Source: Bacteroidota bacterium (GTDB lineage Bacteria > Bacteroidota > Bacteroidia > Chitinophagales > Saprospiraceae). Taken from it: DNA of 64,000 nt. The notes under the pieces were generated by a model. The model worked only from the letters and a program-made list of their open reading frames with translations, did no database searches and had not been told where the DNA came from. The translations under genes and the position numbers were made by a program. Below are positions 26,649 to 39,100 of this stretch, piece by piece; within the stretch, counting starts at the first letter, position 1, and every line of letters starts with the position of its first letter. The stretch is taken from the NCBI GenBank assembly GCA_016124585.1, contig WGNL01000001.1:266807-330806 (forward strand). The letters are read 5' to 3'.

Positions 26649-28067
26649 TCAACTCATTTTCAAATCTTTGTAAAAGGCATAATAATAAGGTATCGTTTCA
26701 ATGCCTTTGTAAAAATTGAAAAGCCCATAATGTTCGTTCGGGGAGTGGATGGCGTCCGAGTTCAAGCCAAAGCCCATCAGCACGCTATCCACATCGAGTA
26801 CATCTTTGAACAAAGAAACAATGGGGATGTACCCCCCTTCCCGCTTGGGTATCGGTTCTTTTCCAAAAGACTTGGCCATCGCTTGGTGGGCAGCTTGATA
26901 TTCTGGGGTGTTCGTTGGAGTCACGCCTGGTTCGCCTCCGTGCATCCGAATTACTTTCACCTGAACTGAAGGTGGTGCAAGCGATTTGAAATAGGCTTCG
27001 AACTGGTCGTAAACTTTTTCACAACGCTGGTGTGGCACGAGCCGCATGGAGATTTTGGCAAAAGCCTTGGAAGGTAAAACAGTCTTCGAACCCTCACCCG
27101 TGTATCCGCCCCAGATGCCGTTGCAGTCCAATGAAGGGCGTATGCTCACCCGTTCCATTGTAGTGTAACCCTTTTCACCTTGCACATCGCCAATGCCGAG
27201 GTCAGATTTGTATTCCTCCAAATCAAAAGGGGCTTTGTTCATTGCTTCCCGGTCTTTTTTAGTTTCGTTTAGCACATCGTCATAAAAACCGGGAATGGTG
27301 ATGTGACCGTTTTTGTCTATCAATTTATCAATCATGCCCGCCAGCACATTGATAGGGTTGGCCACGCCACCGCCATACACACCAGAGTGTAGGTCACGGT
27401 TTGGGCCTGTGACTTCCACTTGCAGATAAGCTAGCCCACGTACACCTGTGGTAATGCTTGGTACATCGTTGGCAATGATGGAAGTGTCGGAGCAAAGCAC
27501 CACATCGCAAGCCAGCTTCTTTTTATTTTTTTCAACAAAAGGTCGGAAGCTAGGTGAGCCAACCTCCTCTTCACCTTCGATGCAGAACTTGATGTTGCAA
27601 GGTAGGTTGCCAGTAGCCACCATTGCCTCAAAAGCCTTGACGTGCATGTAGGTTTGACCTTTATCATCACAGGAGCCACGGGCAAATATGGCCCCCTTTG
27701 AATGTGCTTTTGTCTTCTTCACGACTGGCTCAAATGGGGGGGAAGACCAGAGGTCAAGAGGGTCGGGTGGTTGCACATCGTAATGGCCATAAACAAGTAC
27801 CGTGGGCAGTTTTTTGTCCACAATTCTTTCACCATAAATAACTGGATAGCCTTCTTTGGTTTTGCCATCTTTTTTGTGGTTGGTTGGGCAAATTTCCACT
27901 TTGTCGGCACCAGCATCTCGCAAGCTCTTTGCGACAAAATCTGCGGTTCGTAGCACATCCGCTTTGTAGGCTGGGTCAGCACTGATTGATGGGATGCGAA
28001 GCAGGTCAAGCAGTTCATCTAAGAAACGCTGCTTGTTTTTTTCGATGTATTCCTGGGTGGATTTCAT
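26649..28067 (-). CDS. M20-family dipeptidase/acylase
   Basis: LLRIPSISA, YGHYDVQP, ARGSCDDKGQ and EGEEE(V)GS metal-binding motifs. The start is moved to MKSTQEYIEKNK (28067). Confidence 0.85.
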   Translation of the reverse strand: MKSTQEYIEKNKQRFLDELLDLLRIPSISADPAYKADVLRTADFVAKSLRDAGADKVEICPTNHKKDGKTKEGYPVIYGERIVDKKLPTVLVYGHYDVQPPDPLDLWSSPPFEPVVKKTKAHSKGAIFARGSCDDKGQTYMHVKAFEAMVATGNLPCNIKFCIEGEEEVGSPSFRPFVEKNKKKLACDVVLCSDTSIIANDVPSITTGVRGLAYLQVEVTGPNRDLHSGVYGGGVANPINVLAGMIDKLIDKNGHITIPGFYDDVLNETKKDREAMNKAPFDLEEYKSDLGIGDVQGEKGYTTMERVSIRPSLDCNGIWGGYTGEGSKTVLPSKAFAKISMRLVPHQRCEKVYDQFEAYFKSLAPPSVQVKVIRMHGGEPGVTPTNTPEYQAAHQAMAKSFGKEPIPKREGGYIPIVSLFKDVLDVDSVLMGFGLNSDAIHSPNEHYGLFNFYKGIETIPYYYAFYKDLKMS

Positions 28068-28205
28068 TAGAATATGGATTGTCGAATTATTGAATTGCTT
28101 GATGGTTAGGGTAGGCATGTGGTGTTTACTATTTTCCAAAACAACAAGCTGCAAGTGTGGCAAAGATAGCTTAGTGACCTTTTTAACCAAGAAAAAAATA
28201 GGTAA

Positions 28206-29015
28206 TCAGATTTGTTGAGCCAGGAGTAGTTCCGACAGCCGCTTCTCCTTTAGTTTCAGTTCGATTTTGCCGTTGGCGGCAAAGCTGATTGAGCCAGTTT
28301 CCTCTGAAACAACAAATGCCGTGGCATTACTCCGCTCCGAAATACCGAGTGCAGCACGGTGGCGTAGGCCAATTCTGGTAGGAAGGTCGGGGCTATCCGA
28401 AACGGGCAAGACACAACTTGCTGACTGGATCTTTCCTTTGCTGATTAGCACGGCACCATCGTGAAGTGGGCTTTCTTTTTGAAAAATGCTGAGTAGCAAT
28501 GTTTTGCTGATGCGGGCATCGAGCAGGACACCAGAGTGACCCATGCCGTCCAGTTCGAGACTATTAGAAAATACGATGAGCGCTCCAGTTTTTTCCCTTG
28601 ACATCCGCAACAACGCTTCACGGATTTCAGCAGTTGCTGCTTCGTTGACGATTTTTTTGTCCAAGTTGCGAGTGAACCAACGGAACATGACTTCTGAACG
28701 CCGACCTAATGTTGTATTGCCGAGCATCAGCAGAAATCGACGTACCTCCGGTTGGAAAATGATGATGATGATGATGAACCCGACATTGACGAATTGGCTG
28801 AGTATCATGGAAAGCATGTCCATTTTCAACATGCCAACCAGCCACCAAAGCAGGTAGATCACGACAATACCAATGAAGATGTTGAAGGCAATGCTTCCTC
28901 TGAGGAGCAGGTAAACCCGATAAATCAGGTAACCGACAATGGTGATGTCGAGTACGTCCCAGAGGCTAATGGGCAGGAATCCAATTTCAAAGAGAAAATT
29001 CATGCCCTTAAACAA
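28206..29015 (-). CDS. cdaA: Diadenylate cyclase CdaA (three N-terminal TM helices plus a DAC domain)
   Basis: TGALIV, HDGAVLI, GLRHRAALGISE and VSEETGSIS are the canonical DisA_N/DAC motifs. Confidence 0.9.
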   Translation of the reverse strand: MFKGMNFLFEIGFLPISLWDVLDITIVGYLIYRVYLLLRGSIAFNIFIGIVVIYLLWWLVGMLKMDMLSMILSQFVNVGFIIIIIIFQPEVRRFLLMLGNTTLGRRSEVMFRWFTRNLDKKIVNEAATAEIREALLRMSREKTGALIVFSNSLELDGMGHSGVLLDARISKTLLLSIFQKESPLHDGAVLISKGKIQSASCVLPVSDSPDLPTRIGLRHRAALGISERSNATAFVVSEETGSISFAANGKIELKLKEKRLSELLLAQQI

Positions 29016-29087
29016 ATTTTTATGCTTGGAATCAATGGTTTCATCCGGTAAAGATGTCCTATTTTTGGGCTAAGGATTTAGCATTTT

Positions 29088-30215
29088 TTGAAAAAAATAA
29101 GATTCATCTTGAAAAAAGCCTTTTGGAAAACGGCCATATTTTTGACACTGGTGCCAGCTTGGCTCTTTGCTCAAGAAGTGATTACAAATGAAGATGGGCG
29201 CAAAATCGTGGTGGAAGCAGACGGCCAATGGCACTATTTTCAAGTTGCTGATTCCTTGACAGCTAGTATTGCAGACAGTGTTTTTCGCCCACCGCAAGAA
29301 GTAGTTGATGAAAACCAGCAGCGTATTGCAGAATCGCAACAGTATGAAAAGGAGTTGTCGATGTCGTTGATAAAAACCAGGGTGGAGTTGGTTGATCGCC
29401 AACTAGCCCTTGGCAATGCGCCCCCAACTGAAGTGCGACTGTTGAAGGAACAATTAGCGCAGACGGAGCAACAGCTTGAACAATTGAAAAAAGATTTTGA
29501 CCTCGCCGCTGAACGCACTGTTTTTTTGCAAAAAATAGCTAATTTACCACCTGCAACCTACGCCCGGAAACTGAAAAAATGGGAACAAGAACATCCGCAA
29601 AAATCAGGAACACCAATATTAAGAATTGCTCAGACAGAAGAAACAGCTACCCCACCAACTACCTCCATTGCAAATGGCATCCTATTTTTACCGCCAAAGC
29701 AACCATGTGCGGGAGGCCGTGTAAGTACCGACTCTGAAACAGGGAATTTTAGATGGGATACCTCCCCCACCAAATTTTTTTCCCACACCGACGAAGCTGT
29801 GGAAAATCAATTTCCCAAACGTGATTTTATTGAGTGCGTAGGCAGGTTGACAGGCATGGAAGGAGGCCGAAAGTTTCTCAATTTAGAGATTGCTATAGCC
29901 TCACCCAAAGCTCCCCAAATTGTTGGGACAATGCCCAAAGGAGAATTTATCGAAATCCAACTCCTGAATGGGGAGATAATCCGTTTGTTCAACAACCTGC
30001 CAAACAATGGTCAGTGGGTCGCATCACAAGAGGCATATATTTTCATGGGAAATTATACCATCGGAATTAAGGAAGAGAAAATGCTCAAAAACAACGAAGT
30101 GGACAAAGTGCTGGTCAGATGGAGTTTGGTACAGGAAAAATATGCTGTTTTTGAAACGGATTTTTTCATGCGGCAATTCCAGTGTTTAGAGGCATTAATT
30201 TTAAAAAACAACTAG
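29088..30215 (+). CDS. Secreted protein with a coiled-coil segment, unknown function
   Basis: Signal peptide ending LFAQ. There is a Gln/Glu/Leu-rich heptad region (LLKEQLAQTEQQLEQLKKDF). I do not recognise the C-terminal roughly 170-aa globular part. Confidence 0.55.
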   Translation: MKKIRFILKKAFWKTAIFLTLVPAWLFAQEVITNEDGRKIVVEADGQWHYFQVADSLTASIADSVFRPPQEVVDENQQRIAESQQYEKELSMSLIKTRVELVDRQLALGNAPPTEVRLLKEQLAQTEQQLEQLKKDFDLAAERTVFLQKIANLPPATYARKLKKWEQEHPQKSGTPILRIAQTEETATPPTTSIANGILFLPPKQPCAGGRVSTDSETGNFRWDTSPTKFFSHTDEAVENQFPKRDFIECVGRLTGMEGGRKFLNLEIAIASPKAPQIVGTMPKGEFIEIQLLNGEIIRLFNNLPNNGQWVASQEAYIFMGNYTIGIKEEKMLKNNEVDKVLVRWSLVQEKYAVFETDFFMRQFQCLEALILKNN

Positions 30216-30225
30216 CAGAACTTAG

Positions 30226-30807
30226 ATGCTTGGATTGAAATTACCAACAGACCCTAGATGGGTGAACATGGCTGAGATGGATCTGGCAGAAATACTGACT
30301 GACCACGCTTACTGTGAGCAAAAGGCAGCAACTTCATGTATTTCATTAATCCAAGGATATCCTGACAAGATAGTCATGGTGAAAGAACTAGCTCCAATTG
30401 TCACAGAGGAATGGGGCCATTTCCGCTTGGTGCTTTTAGAACTTGAACGTAGAGGACTTAAACTTGGATACCAGCGTAAGGATGGATATGTCAATGAGCT
30501 GCTTAAGTTCGAAAAAAAAGGTGGTACTCGGGAAGACCGGCTTTTGGAGCGGTTGTTGATTTGTGCGCTCATTGAAGCTCGCAGTTGCGAACGGTTTCGG
30601 TTGCTTTCATTGAATTTGCAGGAAGAGGATTTAAAAGAATTTTACCACAAGTTCATGGTGTCAGAAGCAGGACATTATCGACTATTCCTAGACTTAGCCA
30701 AGACTTATTTTTCAGAAGAAAGGGTTAAATCACGTTGGCAGGAATATTTAGAACGGGAAGCTGAAATCATAGCAACACTGGAACTTCGTGGTGACAGAAT
30801 GCACTAG
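30226..30807 (+). CDS. miaE: tRNA-(ms2io6A37)-hydroxylase MiaE (non-heme diiron)
   Basis: DHAYCEQKAA, EEWGHF, EARSCERF and SEAGH provide the E/ExxH ligand pattern of MiaE. 193 aa. Confidence 0.8.
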   Translation: MLGLKLPTDPRWVNMAEMDLAEILTDHAYCEQKAATSCISLIQGYPDKIVMVKELAPIVTEEWGHFRLVLLELERRGLKLGYQRKDGYVNELLKFEKKGGTREDRLLERLLICALIEARSCERFRLLSLNLQEEDLKEFYHKFMVSEAGHYRLFLDLAKTYFSEERVKSRWQEYLEREAEIIATLELRGDRMH

Positions 30808-31112
30808 TGCAAAACAATTTTCTGGTTTTTTCTATTTTTGAAGCAGAAACTTAAACTGTCATTTGTTAAGAAATTACATTATTTAGGGCGAACTAGTTTT
30901 TAAATTGGACTGTTCTGCTCACATTGACGTTGATAAAATATTTTTTTTGAAAAGTCAATACCAAGCTTAGCATTATGGCAACTTTTTTGCTTAGTTTGGC
31001 GTAATTTTTAATATCAAATTTTAGCCGAGTTTTGTATTCAAAAAAGAAAATCTAAACATGCATCTTAAAATAGACTACACAATCACCAACCTCAAACCAA
31101 AAAATTAAAGGT

Positions 31113-31979
31113 ATGCGCCAATTAAAGATTACCAATAAAATTACAACCCGTGAAAGTCTTGCTCTTGACAAGTACTTAAATGATATTGGGAAAATAGACA
31201 TGCTCAATGCAGAGGAAGAGGCTGATCTTGCCCGCAGGATTCGTGCTGGAGATCAAGCTGCTCTTGAACGATTAACGGAGGCTAATCTTCGCTTCGTCGT
31301 TTCAGTTGCAAAGCAGTACCAGAACCAAGGTCTTTCGTTGAGTGACCTTATAAATGAGGGCAATGTTGGGTTGATGAAAGCAGGTAAGCGATTCGATGAA
31401 ACCAAAGGATTCAAGTTCATTTCATACGCAGTTTGGTGGATTCGTCAGTCAATTTTGCAAGCAATCGTAGAATACTCCCGAATTGTGCGGTTGCCATTGA
31501 ACAAAGTAGGCTCTTATAATAAGGTGAACGAAGCTTTTATTTCTTTTGTACAAGAATTTGAAAGGGAACCTTCTGATGAGGAACTAGCTGAGATTTTGGA
31601 ACTATCCACCAAAGAGGTCACAAATATGCTCAAAGGCAGCATCCGCCACGTTTCGGTTGATGCCCCGATAGGTGGCGAAGACAGTGACTCGACCATGCTT
31701 GACCTTATTGCCGATAGTGATGGGGAGCGCCCTGATGATGCTTTGATGGACCAGAGCTTGAAGGATGAGGTGCAGGCTGGTTTGTCGATTCTGGCTCCAA
31801 GGGAAGTAGAAGTGCTTTCGGCCTATTACGGTTTGAACGGCCACAAAGCCTTGACTTTAGAGGAAATTGGCGACATGTATAGTCTAACCAGGGAACGAGT
31901 ACGCCAAATCAAAGAGCGGGCGATTCGGAGGTTGCGAAAATCATACAACAGAAATGCACTCAAATCTTATTTAGGGTAG
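31113..31979 (+). CDS. rpoD: Primary RNA polymerase sigma factor (compact Bacteroidota sigma-A/RpoD type)
   Basis: MRQLKITNKITTRES...YL..I N-terminus, region 2 (NLRFVVSVAKQYQNQGLSLSDLINEGNVGL..A..RFD) and region 4 (TLEEIG....LTRERVRQI). 288 aa. Confidence 0.92.
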   Translation: MRQLKITNKITTRESLALDKYLNDIGKIDMLNAEEEADLARRIRAGDQAALERLTEANLRFVVSVAKQYQNQGLSLSDLINEGNVGLMKAGKRFDETKGFKFISYAVWWIRQSILQAIVEYSRIVRLPLNKVGSYNKVNEAFISFVQEFEREPSDEELAEILELSTKEVTNMLKGSIRHVSVDAPIGGEDSDSTMLDLIADSDGERPDDALMDQSLKDEVQAGLSILAPREVEVLSAYYGLNGHKALTLEEIGDMYSLTRERVRQIKERAIRRLRKSYNRNALKSYLG

Positions 31980-32001
31980 TATTTTCTTGAAAAAAATATA
32001 T

Positions 32002-32031
32002 AGCCCTGCTTTTTTAGGCAGGGCTTTTTTT
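32002..32031 (+). terminator. Rho-independent terminator after rpoD
   Basis: agccctgc / gcagggct stem followed by a run of 7 T. Confidence 0.8.
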
Positions 32032-32097
32032 ATTTACGTCGAAATGGATTGACCAAAAACGAAATTAGTCTTAGAATTGGGTTCAAATAAATTTAAC

Positions 32098-32769
32098 ATG
32101 ATAGGTATCGCATTGTCGTTGTTTTTGATTTTGGCACTGAGCATGATTGGTATTACCGTTTTTATGAAAACCCTCCAAAACTACAAGCCAGGCAGGGCAA
32201 AGATTCAGGCAGACCTGAAAAAAATCAGGGCAGAATTAGCTCCTTTAGTCGCACATTTAGTGCCTTGGACTGATGAAGAAATGGAGCAGCTTTCGTTTAA
32301 TCAGATTAAGAAATCAATCAAAAATGGTTTAGTCAAGTCTTCGAAAGGTGTTTTAACTACCATTTACCATGAACCTGTGATTGCTTGGGCCTATAAAAAA
32401 TATGTGAGCAAGAAAGAAAACGGCTTACTGTATGCCCGGACTAGTAACCAAGAGTTTATTTATCGGATTAAGAATGGAGAGGTGGAAATGGTGGTTGGGG
32501 AAAATTTAGTTGGCATTTTGAATGAAAAAGGTCAGTTGGTAAGTCACAAGGGAAACAAATTACTTGCCCAAGTGAATAAGAATGAAGATAACCTAACCTT
32601 GCCACTTCTAATAAATAACAAACTTGTGGGCAGTCTTTCAAATCCAGAACGCAACCAACGAGGCAACAACAGAGCTTTCCAGCATTTAATGAAAATGAAC
32701 AAGGAAGAAGAAGAAATTGTGCTCTCGCTTTCAATCTTAGAACTAGTGAAAAGGGAGATTGAAGGGTGA
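32098..32769 (+). CDS. Single-pass membrane protein, unknown function
   Basis: N-terminal TM helix (MIGIALSLFLILALSMIGITVF) followed by a soluble domain I do not recognise. The ATG at 32098 is preferred to the TTG at 32077. Confidence 0.5.
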   Translation: MIGIALSLFLILALSMIGITVFMKTLQNYKPGRAKIQADLKKIRAELAPLVAHLVPWTDEEMEQLSFNQIKKSIKNGLVKSSKGVLTTIYHEPVIAWAYKKYVSKKENGLLYARTSNQEFIYRIKNGEVEMVVGENLVGILNEKGQLVSHKGNKLLAQVNKNEDNLTLPLLINNKLVGSLSNPERNQRGNNRAFQHLMKMNKEEEEIVLSLSILELVKREIEG

Positions 32770-33194
32770 TTTTATCAAAATAGAGTTAAACGACTGTAAA
32801 TCAGGCTTGGAGGATAAAAAAATAGGAAAAAATTGTAGAATATAACCCAAGTTGAATACTTTTGGCCGATAAGGAACCGATTCCGTTTTTAGATGCCAAA
32901 TCAGATTTTACAAACACCTAAAATGAAAAACAATCTGCCAGCATTTCTGCTCTTCAAGCTGGTTGGTCATCTTTCCAAGGGAATCCATCCCACATCTGTA
33001 CCGGAAATCGTCCGATTAGAAGGAAACTACACACAACATTTTTTTAGAAAGCAAGAAAATAAACGGGAGAAAGAAATGGAAGGAAAGCAACATTCCATCT
33101 GTTAGTCCGTAAATTTTCTAACACTAATATTTTGCCGAAGGGCAAAATCCCTATTCGTCATTTACTCAAGTTTTTCTCATTAAACTTCTGAAAC

Positions 33195-36100
33195 ATGAAA
33201 GTTTCTTCACCTAAACAGACAACTTACCGATTTTCAGGCCAATTGGGGCAATTCCTTTTCAAATACCTGATGGTTTTGACATTGCTGCTTTTTGCAAAAG
33301 ACCTGATTTGGGCCGAAGGCTCAAAGGATTTACTCACTCCACCCACGGCAAAAAGGCTTTTCTTGGATACCAGAGATCCACAGCAATTCAAAGTTTATGC
33401 AAATGCTGGTGAATTCATCAACGTAGGTGGTAGCCATTTGGGCTTCGATGGTTCTGGTTTTATCAGTGTGTATCGACCCAACGGTAGCCTCGCTATGACT
33501 TTCAATGACCTAGGCGCTACCTCTGGCCTAGCAATCATCAACAACCTAACACAGGAATTAGGTGGGCCCACAGGTGGAGGAACTACCAATGGAACTGGCT
33601 ACATACCTGGGGTAGTTACAGCTGATGCATCAGGAGTTTGGACTGTAGTTTTTGACTACAATGTGAATTATAGCTCCTCTGCGAATTTCTCAAATATTAC
33701 CAATAATTTCCCTTGGACCAGAACTACTAATCAGGCTCAAGCACATAAGCGGGCAATACTTGCCTATGATATTACAATTTCAATTGGAGGTGCTGGTAAC
33801 CAAGGAGGTACGCCAGTTTCAGGAAGGGTTTACACAAACCAATTTAATGGACTTATTAATGGAAATGGGCCAAATAACCTTACTTCTCCTACTTTTTATG
33901 TGTTGACAAGAGATGGTTACCAATATCAAGTTGATTTTGTTGATGCAGATCCATTTCGCTTCCCAATTTCTTCCAATTCTTTGGGTTTAGTTAGAAAAAA
34001 TGCACAATCATATAGCCCGGTTTACAAATCATTGTTTGAATCGGATTTTATTCGGAGTGCAGATCCATCTACATGGACGGTAGGTGATATATTTTTATAT
34101 GAACCACAGGCAGTTTCTGACCCAATTGTTGGTATTGTGAATAATAAAATATTCTTCAACATACCCGATGCATCAATGCCTACCACAGCAACGGTTGTAG
34201 ATATTTATGATGGTACACGTGCAGAACCCTATGAGGAAATGCCACCGCATGAATTTATCCCGGCAAACCCATCACCAACCTCCTATACCACATGGCTATA
34301 TACTGCTACCCCACAAATATTAAATTACAGTGTTTTTGTAGCTGCTGCAAACCCAGGTGGAATACCATGTTCTTCTGGTGCATTTCTATTTGGAAAAGGT
34401 GGGTATTTTATTTTCACTTCTAATATTGGAGGTACAGCAACCCTGCAAATTGATATTGATAATAACGGTTCATTTGATGACCCCATCGATATTATGCTTC
34501 AAGGAGGTCTTAACGCACCCACAGACTCTATTTATTGGGATGGTTTTGATGGCTTGGGCAATCCGGTGGCAGTACAAGATAGCTTCCCTTTGGTATGGCA
34601 AAGCTCTGTTCAGTATGGTGAAATCCACATTGCAAATGCTGATGTTGAAAATAATTACGGCGGTGTAACATTTACCTTGTTGAATCCACCTCCTGGTGAT
34701 AATGGACCAACAAACGTGTTTTCATACAATCACACTGCGGTTGGTGGACCAATTAGTTGCCCAACCCCACCATGTACCAATACGACTCCACTTCAAACTA
34801 CTGTTCCTTATACCTATACCAATGATTTGGGAAATGATAGGTATCTTGACCAATGGACTTTTAGGCAAGGTGTCACTATGCAGGATACATTATTTATAAA
34901 TATAGTAACCAACTGTTGTGTGGATGGCCTTCCCGTGTTGACCGGTACTGGTCCAAGTGATATTTGCGAAGGCCAAGACCTCGTTTTGACAGCAACCAAC
35001 ACGGAAGTGGGTATCGGCCCATTAACTTATACTTGGACTGGTCCTGCTGGTTTTAGTTTCGTTGAAACAATTGGCGAGTTGGAAACAAGTACGGTTACTG
35101 TTCCAAATATTGGCTTGTTGAGTTCTGGAACATTTAGTGTCACCGCTTCTACTGCTGATACTTGTTCAAGTGATTTGGATTTTGCAGTCAATGTAAACTC
35201 AATTCCAGTTGCTACAGCAATAACGGGAGGCGGCAGTTTTTGTGCAGGAGCAGACGTTGAGCTTACTGCCATGAACATCATACCGGGCATTACATCTGTG
35301 GATTATACATGGAATGGGCCTGGGGTACCAATGGGTTCCGAATCGGGCACGGTCGCAGGGGGTGATCCAATCACACTCACTATTCCTAATATCCAGACTT
35401 CTGCCGCTGGAACCTACACTTTGACTTTGGTTTCAGAACTGGGTTGTATTTCCATCCCTGTTTCAACTGCAGTGATTGTAAACCCCACTCCAGAACTTAC
35501 CCCAATCTCAGGGGCTGGCAGTTATTGTGTTGATGATGATGTGACCCTAGCAGCCATAAACACTGCTACTGGAATTAACACCATGATATGTACTTGGAAT
35601 GGTCCAAACCTTTTCAATGTAACGCAAACAGTAAATGGAAATGATACCATTAAATTGTCATTGAACAATGTGAACAATGCATTTGAGGGAACATATACCT
35701 TGGTTTGTGCAGTTGTCGGTTGCACATCTACACCAGTTTCATTTGATGTTGTGGTAAATTCCAACCCAGAGATAAATGCCATTAGCCCAAATGGTAGTTT
35801 TTGTGTGGGAGATTCAGTAACCTTAACCGCTTTCAATGTCAATACAGATACCGGACCTATAAATTATACTTGGACAGGCCCAAATCCTAACAACCCATTG
35901 TTCCCATTCCAAGGCTCTGGCCCCGAACCCGGCCCATTCCCTGTCACCATACCAAGTTTAGGCTTGGACGATGCAGGTACTTATACTTTGGTATTAGAAA
36001 CACTTGGTGGTTGTAAGTCTGTGCCACAATCAGTAACCATCAGCATCAACCCTTCCCCTGAAATCACCATTACTGGTGGTGGCGACGTTTGTATTGGGCA

Positions 36101-39100
36101 GGATGTGACTTTGACGGCCACAAACAGTACAAACTTCAACAGTCCTGTAATTTATATTTGGACGGGACCAAGTGGTTCTGTGCTGGCCCAAGGTGTTACA
36201 AGCAGCGATTCAGCATGCACACTGCTAATTCCAAACGTATCAACTGCGAATAATGGCACCTACGAGATTTTTAAAACATTCGATAATAATGGCTGTCAAA
36301 CAACTGCGACCACAACATTGAATGTTTTGCCAGGCTTGAATATCGTCAACCCAACGCCTGATGATGATTACTGTGAGTTTTCAAGTATTGTGCTCACTGC
36401 AACCAACACTGTGGATGCTGGTGATTTGACCTATACTTGGCACGGCCCAAATGGCAAAATGTTTGGCCCATACACAGTTGGTAGTTTTGATCCTTTGACC
36501 GCAATTATTGACGAAGCAACTTTGGATTGCAGCGGAACTTGGACACTGGATGTCACATCGGAAAGTGGGTGTAACTCCAATGACGTAACAGTTGAGATAA
36601 ACGTTCTGCCAAGTATCCGAATTACTAGTGTCACAGGTGGTGGTACTTACTGTTTTAATGCTGAAGTGATGTTGAATGGAACTGGAGAAGGTTCAGCTGA
36701 TTCAGTTCATTATACCTGGACTGACCCGAATGGTGTAATCATTGGAAGTGGGACAACAACGCCAGCTGGTCCATTCCCAGCTATGAGCAGTGGAAATATT
36801 GAAGGTGATTATATCCTTGAGGTGATTGCTGACTCTAGTGGTTGTTCCGATAGCGAAGTTGTTACAATTGACTTCAACCCATTGCCAGAGGTAATGATTT
36901 TGAATAATGACACAACACTTTGCGATTTAGATACACTTGAAATTTGCGGACAAGCACTCACTCCAAACATTGGTTCATTTTCTTATGCATGGACGACACC
37001 AACGGGAATAATAATTACAGGTGACGCCAGTGGGAATGCGCCATTTTGTGATACCATCCTCCCAATGCAGGATTATGGAGAGGGGGCTTATGTCTTAGTC
37101 ATCACTTCCACTGGTTGTACTTCTGAGCCGGATAGCTTCAATGTTTCCTTGAATCCAAATCCAACTATATCTGTACTATCTGGTGGAGGCACTTTCTGTG
37201 AAGGAGATACAATTGACTTCTGTTTTACCAACTCCAATCCAGAGGTTGTTGGGTTCTTCTATACCTGCATACTTCCTGATGGAACACAAATAACGGGTCA
37301 AACCACCACAAACGATACGATTTGCCTACCACTTTCGGTTTCTGGAACTTATTGTTGCTCCATGGAATCAATTGATGGGTGTGTTTCAAGCTTAGCTTGC
37401 GAAACATTCACTTTTGTTCCAAGTGCTGATTTGTCAGTTACTGCAAATACGCCCGTTTGTGCCAATGATACATTGTTACTAAGTGGCACGAATTCACTGC
37501 CTTGCACAGGAACAATTTCTTACGCTTGGAATGGCCCGAACGGCTTCACCTTTGTCGGTACAGCGCCATGTAACGGGCCATTTACGGCTTCAGTCCCTAA
37601 CCCAGTTGCTGGGGTCTATTGCCTGATTGCACCACTTTCAAGCAACTGCCCGGATACTGCCTGCGTAACCGTTGTTGTGAACCCAGCACCAGAAGTGGTG
37701 AACAATACGATTGATGGTGGTGGTACTTATTGTGAGGGTGAAGAGGTAGTGCTTTCGGCACAAGTAACTATTTCGGACAATACTGACATTACATATGTTT
37801 GGTGTCAAAATGGTGTTCCAATACCCGGTGAAACTGGTACTGTGCCAAGTGGCACCACTGTCACCTTGGACTTGGGGCAAGTTGAACTTTCCGATGATGG
37901 TGAATATTGCCTCAAACTAACTTCTGTAAACGGTTGTATCAATAATCCACCGACCTGCACCAATGTCGATGTGAATCCAACACCTTCAATCCTTACCGTG
38001 ACTGGTGGCGGCACTTATTGCGAAGGAGTGGATGTGATGCTAAATGGAACTGGTGAACCTGGACTTGGTACAGTAAGTTACATGTGGATGGGGCCTGGAG
38101 GTTTGCTTTTCAGTGGTTCTGCTCCAAGTGAAGGACCATTCCCTGCCACGATACCGAATATCATGCAAATTGATTCAGGTATTTACACCCTTATCGTAAA
38201 ACTTGGTGATTGTGCCGATTCCATGAGTTTATTGGTTCATGTTAATCCAAAACCAATTATCAATGTAATTAGTGGCAATGGTACTTTCTGTGCTGGTCAG
38301 GATGTGACTTATTCTTTTGAAATTGACCCGAACGGTGCTGATTCTGTTTTCTGGACATTTACCTGCACTAGTGGTTTTGATACAAGTGGTGTAGTAACAA
38401 CTGTCACAACCATCTCGATTACAATGATGGTTAATAGTACGGTTTCTTGCACAATCACAGCCGAATCGAATGATGGTTGCGAAGCGGAACCAAAAGAAAT
38501 CACCACCAATATCCAGCAAATCGCCCCACCTGTTTTGGACGTTACTCTCAATGGCGTGCCAAGCGGCGGTTCATCCAATGTTACTGCTTGCGAAGGGGAT
38601 GAAATGGTGTTGACTACAATGGCCCAACAGGGTACTGTCACCTATCAGTGGTTTAAAGATGGAGTTTTGATTGGTGAAACAACGGAACCAGTATTTCCAG
38701 TAGATCCGCCAATGGCTGGCACCTATACGGTTACAGTCATCGTCAATGGCTGTACGGCAACGTCCGATCCAGTGGTAGTCACCTTCCCAGATCCGCCAAT
38801 AGCTGTCGATGATGAGTACACAAGCAACACCCCGACTGAGGTAACTGGAAATGTTACAGACAATGACACACCAAGCACCAATGTTGTAGTGACTATTCTG
38901 GAACAACCTAGCAGTGGTTCTGTGGTCGTTAATCCTGACGGAACTTTCACCTACACGCCTGGTGAGCCTATTGCAACTACAGTGACATTCACCTATCAGA
39001 TTTGTTTGGTTGATTGTCCAGAATCCTGTGATCAGGCCACGGTTACTATCACCTATTTGTTGGAGTGTATCGTGCCAAACGTGATCACACCAAACGGTGA

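Noticed and set aside
28083-28094. 12-mer aattattgaatt shared between the M20 upstream region and 13186-13199
   Set aside because: It is a short AT-only word in AT-rich spacers, so chance recurrence is likely. I mention it only as possibly related to the low-complexity leader tracts.
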